64,000 nucleotides of DNA, taken from positions 800,001 to 864,000 of the forward strand of contig OZ253496.1 of the NCBI GenBank assembly GCA_965262115.1, in the 5' to 3' direction. A program made the translations under genes and the position numbers. This DNA comes from Nitrospinales bacterium (GTDB taxonomy: Bacteria > Nitrospinota > Nitrospinia > Nitrospinales > VA-1). This document shows positions 59,177 through 64,000 of the stretch, piece by piece. Below the pieces are notes generated by a model. It saw nothing but the letters and a program-made list of their open reading frames with translations, was not told the DNA's origin and did no database searches. Positions within the stretch are counted from its first letter, which is position 1. Every line of letters starts with the position of its first letter.

Positions 59177-60709
59177 TTAATTTTTCGGCAGTGAAATCAA
59201 AAAATAGTTTTTAATGGACTTTGAATCGACCAGTCGGTTGGCGTGTGCGCCGGCTTGATCCTTGGCCGGGAATTGTCCGACCCTGATTTTATACCAGTGG
59301 CCTCCGGCTCTTCGGACGGCCTTGACGACGTAGAGGCCTTCGACCCCTTTCTTTTTAAGACGCCGGATCATCCTATCCGCTTGTTTGGCAGAAATGACCG
59401 CGGCAATTTGAATGGTGTAGACCCTGTCTTCCTTCTTTGTTTGTGCTAGTTTTGATGCAGGCATCGATGTTAAAGATGAAAGCGACAGTTTATCCTCATT
59501 TTTCGAAACCAATTCACTGAAGCCAAGAACCAGCATAATTAAAACGGAAAGAACCGCAAAGCTGACCAGTTTGGCCCTCAACGAGAGTTCTCCGAACTGG
59601 ATGAGGCCTTCAAGAACCTGAAGAAGAACCCATTTAAATCCAATTAAAATTTTGCGGGTCAGCCAACCGAACCCTCTCCTTAATATTGTCATTCGGCCTG
59701 CAACCAGACCCATCTCCACTTTCAGGCGTTTCAAATCCTGAAGATCTTCCCGGCGGAAAAGTTTTATCTTTTTCAGTTTGGAAGCGATCCGGTTTTCCTC
59801 AGACTGTCTTCTAGCCTCCGCCTGCTGGTCAGAACTCAAGCCCGCAAACACTTCTCCGCATTTCTGGTGCAATTCAGGCGCGACCCCGGCAAGGTTTCCC
59901 TCACAATAACTATGGGCAAGATAATTCTTAATTTCTTCTTCCTCTTTTACTGAATAATTCAATGCAAACAGGTAAAACCTCAAAGCCAACTCATCCGTTC
60001 TTTTGTGAGCCAGGTAAATAGGCAGGGCAAATTGGATAATTTTACTGGAAAGCTCACTCTGATCTTCCAACGCACTCAAAAATAGCGGTTCGACTTTTCC
60101 GGACCATTGTCCAGCCTCAAGAAACAGACTGGACAGGTAATGAGTTAAAGTGGGGTCATGAATTTCCTCCTGCTGCACCATGACGAGAAGCAGATCCATT
60201 TCCTCCCGGGTGAGTTCCCGACCCTGGTTCAGAATAGCAAGGAGCGGCTTGCGAAAACGCGAATCCCTGGGGCTTTGCAAAAAGGCCTGCACATAAATAT
60301 TCAAGGCCCTGGGGGTTTCATCCCCAATTGATAGCAGGTAGTCCGCGTATAACAGAACTCCAAGAATTCGATACTGTTTTCCCGTTTCCGGTAAAAAATA
60401 AGAGGAGTAGGTAAAATTCAGGAGATTCTCATACTGGTTTTTAATATCGTCTGGGTTCGACTGAGGAGGAACATTTTTAATAAAGTGCAGAGCGTTAAAA
60501 AAACGTTGTTCCCCCACCATCCCATACGCAATGAACCCAAAAAACAGGCAGACGAGTAAGATCGCCCATTGGATCGGAACATCGTCAAACAGAACGTTTG
60601 GAAGCGCCACCTCGTGCAGAAAAAACAGAAGCGTAAAACCCAATCCAAAAATCAGGATTAACGAGACTGCAATTCGGGCCAGATAAAATTTAAGGGTCTG
60701 GTACAGCAT
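59177..60709 (-). CDS. Membrane protein with C-terminal SPOR domain
   Basis: TM helices; YTIQIAA..WYKIRVGQF. Confidence 0.85.
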   Translation of the reverse strand: MLYQTLKFYLARIAVSLILIFGLGFTLLFFLHEVALPNVLFDDVPIQWAILLVCLFFGFIAYGMVGEQRFFNALHFIKNVPPQSNPDDIKNQYENLLNFTYSSYFLPETGKQYRILGVLLYADYLLSIGDETPRALNIYVQAFLQSPRDSRFRKPLLAILNQGRELTREEMDLLLVMVQQEEIHDPTLTHYLSSLFLEAGQWSGKVEPLFLSALEDQSELSSKIIQFALPIYLAHKRTDELALRFYLFALNYSVKEEEEIKNYLAHSYCEGNLAGVAPELHQKCGEVFAGLSSDQQAEARRQSEENRIASKLKKIKLFRREDLQDLKRLKVEMGLVAGRMTILRRGFGWLTRKILIGFKWVLLQVLEGLIQFGELSLRAKLVSFAVLSVLIMLVLGFSELVSKNEDKLSLSSLTSMPASKLAQTKKEDRVYTIQIAAVISAKQADRMIRRLKKKGVEGLYVVKAVRRAGGHWYKIRVGQFPAKDQAGAHANRLVDSKSIKNYFLISLPKN

Positions 60710-62768
60710 TTCTTTTTTCAGGTTGTTTGGAATTCATGGACCCATTTATCGGATCTGGAAGAAGCCCGGTTTCATCCGGCTCCGTGTCTTCAGGCAAAAC
60801 AGGAGGCACAGAAAGGTCCACACCTTCTTTAACCGCGACCTGCAAAGTCTCAAGGGAAAACTCATCGGCAAGATAACCTGTCTGCACATCCACGATGGCA
60901 AATTTAACTTTTTCTGGAACGGGAAATTTCACCGGGCTTTTCCCCTCCAGCACCTTCTGCATAAAAAACACCCAGATGGGAGCGGCGGCACTGGCACCGG
61001 TCAAACCTTTACCAGATTTGACTTTCATGGGTTCATTATTATCAAAGCCCACCCAGACCGAAGCTGAGATGTCTTTTGTAAAAGCATTGAACCACGCATC
61101 CTTAAAGTCATTGGTCGTTCCCGTTTTGCCCCCGGCGGGGTGACGAAAACCCATCCTTCTTACCACCCGTCCGGTGCCTCCATCTATCACTCCTTGCATC
61201 ATGTTCAGAAGCGGCAAAAGGGAATCAGGCAAAAACTGTTGCACCCCCTGATAGTAATGCTCATAAAGCCGGTTGCCCTGGAAATCCTCAATGCGCTGGA
61301 TCAAATAAGGTTCATTATAAATTCCCAGGTTGGCGATAACACTGTAGGCGGATGCCATTTCATAAGGGGATAAACCGGAAGTCCCCAGAGCAAGGGAAAG
61401 GTTTTTACCTAACGGACTTTTAATACCAAACTGCCGTGCCGTACGAATCACTTTTTCCGACCCGACCTCATTAATCAGTTTCGCAGAAATAATGTTAATG
61501 GATTTCATCAGAGCTTTTTTAAGAATAATACTTCCTGCAAACTCTTCATCGAAATTCTGTGGACTCCAAGGTTCGCTACCGGGAACATCCATGGTCAGCG
61601 GCTCGTCCACCACCACTGTAGCGGGTGAATAACCCAACTCCTCCATAGCCGTAAAATACACAAACGGTTTGAAGGAAGAACCAGGAAGGCGATTGTTCGA
61701 TACCGCCCGATTGAATTGACTGTAGGAGTAGTCTCTTCCACCAAGCATGGCCCGCACAGCGCCGCTTTTGTTTTCTATCGCCACTAATGCCACCTGAAGT
61801 GGACCAGCACCCGGCTCCTTGACGACCCTGCCTTCCAAAGCCTCCAAATGATTGCGGGCACTTTTAAAAGCAAGCTTCTGATAACGCGAATCCAATGTGG
61901 TGAGAATTTTTAAGCCGCCAAAATGCACAAATTCTTTGCCATAATCCCTTTCGATTTGCTCCAGCACCTGATCAACAAAATAAAGATTGGGATCCGAATC
62001 TACCCGGGGATTAACCAGATCAATATTGGACTGAAGGGCCAACTCTTTCTCTTCAACGGTAATCAGGTTTTCACTGACCATCCGGTTCAACACATACTCC
62101 GTTCTTTTCATCGCTCTTTCATAATGCGAGAACGGATTGGCATTATTGGGAGAGTTGGGGAGGCCAGCAAGAAGAGCCGATTGCAGCAAAGTCAGATCCT
62201 TGGCACGTTCTCTAAAATAGACTTGCGCCGCCTCTTCCACGCCATAAGCGCCGCTACCGAAATATATCTGATTGCAATAGGCTTGAAGAATCTGGTCTTT
62301 ATTGAAAGTCGCCTCCAATTGGAAAGCAATCAAAAGCTCCTTGATCTTACGTACCCAATTTCTCTCGAATGAAAAAAACAGGTTTTTGGAAAGTTGCTGG
62401 GTGATCGTGCTTCCCCCCTGAGCAATCCTTTTTTCACGAAGGTTGGTCAATAACGCACGCACCAATCCCCTGTGGTCTATTCCGCTATGTTGATAAAACC
62501 GGGAATCTTCAACGGCAATGATGGCTTTTGTAAAAAAGGGCGCAATATCCTCAAGAGCGATGGGGTGCCTCTCACCAAGAACCTTAATGCGCTCCCCATC
62601 CGAAGAATAAATTTCTGTCGGAAGGCTCAGGTTGATATGTTGCAGGTTTTTGGGAAGCTGGGGCAAGTCCTGGTTTAACCAGTAATACAGACCCGCTACA
62701 ACCAGAACCACAAAAAGAATTAAAGTTACCAGAACCAGATTCAGGGTATGGAGTAAGCGACCGGTCAA
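60690..62768 (-). CDS. Class A penicillin-binding protein (PBP1A family)
   Basis: EDSRF, GGSTITQQ, RKIKE, SSFK, SIN, KTG. Confidence 0.95.
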   Translation of the reverse strand: MTGRLLHTLNLVLVTLILFVVLVVAGLYYWLNQDLPQLPKNLQHINLSLPTEIYSSDGERIKVLGERHPIALEDIAPFFTKAIIAVEDSRFYQHSGIDHRGLVRALLTNLREKRIAQGGSTITQQLSKNLFFSFERNWVRKIKELLIAFQLEATFNKDQILQAYCNQIYFGSGAYGVEEAAQVYFRERAKDLTLLQSALLAGLPNSPNNANPFSHYERAMKRTEYVLNRMVSENLITVEEKELALQSNIDLVNPRVDSDPNLYFVDQVLEQIERDYGKEFVHFGGLKILTTLDSRYQKLAFKSARNHLEALEGRVVKEPGAGPLQVALVAIENKSGAVRAMLGGRDYSYSQFNRAVSNNRLPGSSFKPFVYFTAMEELGYSPATVVVDEPLTMDVPGSEPWSPQNFDEEFAGSIILKKALMKSINIISAKLINEVGSEKVIRTARQFGIKSPLGKNLSLALGTSGLSPYEMASAYSVIANLGIYNEPYLIQRIEDFQGNRLYEHYYQGVQQFLPDSLLPLLNMMQGVIDGGTGRVVRRMGFRHPAGGKTGTTNDFKDAWFNAFTKDISASVWVGFDNNEPMKVKSGKGLTGASAAAPIWVFFMQKVLEGKSPVKFPVPEKVKFAIVDVQTGYLADEFSLETLQVAVKEGVDLSVPPVLPEDTEPDETGLLPDPINGSMNSKQPEKRNAVPDP

Positions 62769-63664
62769 GGGCTTTCTCTCAAGGAAGGTGGAGTTCCATT
62801 AGAACTTGAATCAGAAATATCCGCTTTTTCAATTTGGGACATCATATTGTTGGCCAATTCCACAGCCACAGGAATCAAGAGAATCCCCGTGTAGTAATCG
62901 GTGTCGTACTCAACCCCAAACAGCAAGTGTTGGACAGGTTCTCCAGCAGGCAAATCCGAAATGCCCACACGGGTGACATGATAATTCTTTCCCAAAAACC
63001 AGCGGGGTTCCGGGAAAACTGCTTTTTGGGTGGTTGCGTCCAGGGATTTTAAAACAGGAAGAAACTCGAAAATTGAGAAAATCCGGTTTTCAGTAAAATT
63101 CGCATCTTCAAGGGTTCCCCGTTTAACGGTCCGCGTGGCCTGAACCTCAAATAACGTATCTACAGATAAGAACAATTCATGAATGGGAATATTTTGGCGA
63201 TCAATGAATTGCAGGGTGATCCAGGGACCAAATCGTTTCAAGAAAACCCGATCCCAGTTTCTCCTTGAGTCCAGATCAACCAGGTCGTAAGAAGAAATGA
63301 TTTGCTCCGACCACGGCCCAGGAAAATCATAATAGAGTTGGAGAAACTTTTCCCGGGAAACAACAAGGGGAAACCCTGGAGACAGCCCTTCAAACAAATG
63401 CTTGAAGGAAGAAATTCCCAAAGCCGTTTCTTCCTGAAGATCCAGCGAGGATCGAATGGACTTTATCTTGGCTTGCGCTACCAGAGACTGCCGGTCCCGC
63501 TCCCACATTCTACCCAATTGAGGCCTTTTGTGGTTTTGCCATTTTAAGTAATAACCGACACTTTTTTCAAACAGGTTGGTATAAAACTCAAGGGAAAGGA
63601 ATGCGGAAAGAACAATCAACCCGGCGGCAACATGCCATAGCTTTCGGACACCGGCAAATTTCAC
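62765..63664 (-). CDS. Hypothetical membrane-anchored protein
   Basis: 299-aa ORF overlapping the PBP start; N-terminal TM. Confidence 0.78.
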   Translation of the reverse strand: MKFAGVRKLWHVAAGLIVLSAFLSLEFYTNLFEKSVGYYLKWQNHKRPQLGRMWERDRQSLVAQAKIKSIRSSLDLQEETALGISSFKHLFEGLSPGFPLVVSREKFLQLYYDFPGPWSEQIISSYDLVDLDSRRNWDRVFLKRFGPWITLQFIDRQNIPIHELFLSVDTLFEVQATRTVKRGTLEDANFTENRIFSIFEFLPVLKSLDATTQKAVFPEPRWFLGKNYHVTRVGISDLPAGEPVQHLLFGVEYDTDYYTGILLIPVAVELANNMMSQIEKADISDSSSNGTPPSLRESP

Positions 63665-63689
63665 TGAATATTATCTCACGGTAGTTTTA

Positions 63690-63730
63690 TACCACTCCGG
63701 GGCATGAGGTTTAAGGAAAAGGACATCACA
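63690..63730 (+). mobile_element. 41-nt mini-element copy
   Basis: taccactccggggcatgaggtttaaggaaaaggacatcaca. Confidence 0.82.
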
Positions 63731-64000
63731 TACTTCGGGTGAGCATTTTAAGCTTGTCTATCTTTTCTTGCAAAGCTTTTTTATACAGCTTCTTTCTGCC
63801 AGGTTTCCCTTTGGCCTTGGGTTGGCGTACAGAGGTTTGAGAAAATTTTTCGGGACTTTCCCCCTTTTTCTTCGTGCCGCGTTGCCCCTTCCCGGCTTTA
63901 TCCAATAATTTACTCGTGGTTTTGCCCGATTCCGCGATTTGCCCCAAGCTGGAAAGACAGTCTTTTTGCAGACGGGGGGCCATTTTTCTAAAAAACGTTA
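63726..64000 (-). CDS. Probable 3' end of a basic protein running off the window
   Basis: Lys-rich ORF; stop codon lies within the mini-element. Confidence 0.5.
   Translation of the reverse strand, partial: TFFRKMAPRLQKDCLSSLGQIAESGKTTSKLLDKAGKGQRGTKKKGESPEKFSQTSVRQPKAKGKPGRKKLYKKALQEKIDKLKMLTRSM

Noticed and set aside
399..63547. Many antisense and shifted-frame ORFs overlapping housekeeping genes
   Set aside because: Shadow ORFs with no motifs.
6368..63730. Mini-element as integron attC sites
   Set aside because: No RYYYAAC/GTTRRRY cores, shorter than attC, no cassette organisation and no integrase.

Overview
Bacterial chromosomal window, probably from a Nitrospinota-like marine lineage (inferred from gene content only). 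It is mostly housekeeping: nuoI-N, tatA, rpe, ClC, apbE, copA, coaBC, glgA, a GAF histidine kinase and response regulator, panBCD, mutL, rnd, an inositol-phosphate/CDP-alcohol transferase cluster, tsaB, a radical SAM/SPASM enzyme, a cysK-thrC-moaD-moeB-cysM-like sulfur-carrier cluster, two ABC exporters, manC, a SPOR protein and PBP1A. There is no transposase, CRISPR array, rRNA or tRNA. The notable content is intergenic: several families of small non-autonomous elements are nested inside one another. The main one is a 38-41 nt element (TACCCC-N3-GGGGCAYGA...RAYATCACR; 18 full copies and 1 partial copy counted by eye). It has no terminal inverted repeats, no target duplication and no fixed target. 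It inserts precisely into other repeats and into itself, and forms a head-to-tail array, which suggests an undescribed minimal rolling-circle or retro-type element. A ~97 bp MITE-like family contributes protein N-termini, C-termini and one probable in-frame internal insertion. Also present: a candidate structured ncRNA upstream of cysK, a pan-motif-like hairpin before panB, a histidine kinase split at an A AAA AAG slippery site, and several decaying genes.
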